Source of the DNA: Zygnema circumcarinatum SAG 698-1b
Taxonomy: Eukaryota; Plantae; Zygnematophyceae
Assembly: GCA_037447605.1 (NCBI GenBank)
Contig: CM074804.1
Span: forward strand, 496,001 to 560,000
Direction: 5' to 3'
DNA length: 64,000 nt
Of the stretch, positions 62,960-64,000 are shown piece after piece (the stretch's first letter is position 1; every line of letters begins with the position of its first letter). The position numbers and the translations under genes are program-made. The notes beneath the pieces are model-generated. The model saw nothing but the letters and a program-made list of their open reading frames with translations. It did no database searches and had not been told where the DNA came from.

Positions 62960-64000
62960 TTAGGGTTTTGGAGAGCAGAGAGGCAGCACCAAAATTTCTC
63001 GTTTTTCTTGGGGCTGCCCACCGTAGATGGACACTTGGCGGGAATCCAAATCGAAAAGAGCCGTGCAGAGAGTGTACAGCTGGGGCCCTGCCAAAGCCAG
63101 AGCCAGGCCCTTCTTATATTTCTAAGCTATTAACGAGAAATTATCCTCATAAGGAATAGGAGAAGCAAAATCTTATCAACAATTGGCACATTCAGAAAGA
63201 AAGGACTCACCATTTTCCTCGTAGACGTTGCCTGTCATGAAAATTGGAAACTCGGGAATTGCGGCGTCTCCCAAAACCTGTAGGATGGTGGTCTAACCCT
63301 TGAATGAGTCTCTCCCTCTCCGTGCAGGACAGTCGAGGAGAGCGAGAGTAACAAGCGCAGCAGAGACGACATTCAGCGCTGGACAGAGGGAGGGAACGAA
63401 GAGGTACAAGCGTAGGAGAGAAAGGAGGGACAGGAGAGAGAGGACTATCAGAGCAGGACAGTGGGAGGTGAGGAGACAAATAAGCGCAGGAGAGAGGAGT
63501 GGGGGCAACCTTTGTCAGTCTTAAAGTCTTTTGCAAAGCTTGACGAGGATTTTTAGTAAGTGGTACACACCTTTAGGACAGCATCCGCGTTCTCTGGAGG
63601 CCATAGTTCACTTGCGCGCTTTTTCCGTTGCACTGAACTCTCATTCCCTTTCTGGCAAATGTAGCACTCGATTCATGTCATCAACATTTGACCTAGCAGA
63701 GATCGCTCTCCCCACGGGGTCCTCACAATATGAAGTGTTCAAAACACAGCACTCAAGCTTTGAAAGCTGAAGATCATGGCAAAGCCAATTCTAGTGCGTT
63801 ACGACATGATGTGAGGTAATGTGCGGTGAGATAAAACACCTTAAGGTAAACATGGGTATAAGAAAGGAGGGGCACCTGCGGTAGGCCAAGGCGGAGATAC
63901 ATGTTAGCATGGAAGTACGGCTGCTCTCCAATTTCTAGCACGGAAAAGCGACCTTTTGAGGCCGTCTCTACAGTCACGATTCTCCTCGATGTAAAGTCCA
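62960..64000 (-). CDS. Peptidase C45 / AAT-family (Ntn-hydrolase) protein, 3' part; gene starts beyond window end
   Basis: RRIVTVETASKGRFSV...YFHANMYLRL|..NESSVQRKKRA...VLK|VLGDAAIPEFPIFMTG..|GPQLYTLCTALFDLDSRQVSIYGGQP resembles plant C45 C-termini (HANMY, LGD...YPIY.TG, YTLCT.L.DLD). Confidence 0.75.

Overview
Eukaryotic nuclear DNA of the green-plant (streptophyte) lineage. It is gene-dense with many short GT-AG introns, plastid transit peptides, telo-boxes and long GA/CT tracts. A streptophyte alga or early-diverging land plant is most likely; the species cannot be fixed from sequence alone. Manual exon joining gives 16 protein-coding genes: PPT (partial), UTP25/NOF1, a 2xLysM + i-type-lysozyme-like protein, a nuclear-encoded plastid-type rpl32, NAA10, plastid Era, NDUFA7/B14.5a, a conserved plant membrane protein, SSSCA1/ZNRD2-like, presenilin, mitochondrial uL4, UBC19/20-type E2, PLAC8/PCR-like, eIF3f, HEN1 and a C45 peptidase (partial). 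Most long ORFs in the supplied track are low-complexity artefacts. The most notable items are: (1) the LysM-LysM-lysozyme fusion with intact catalytic-type residues; (2) a 5-kb transposon complex at 34.6-39.7 kb, a spacerless foldback palindrome with TAGGG/CCCTA hAT-type ends carrying three different MITEs joined end-to-end by single T spacers inside one 8-bp target-site duplication; (3) a plastid rpl32 relocated to the nucleus; (4) a HEN1 that appears to lack its first dsRNA-binding domain. Homology calls rest on recalled family motifs; no database searches were run.
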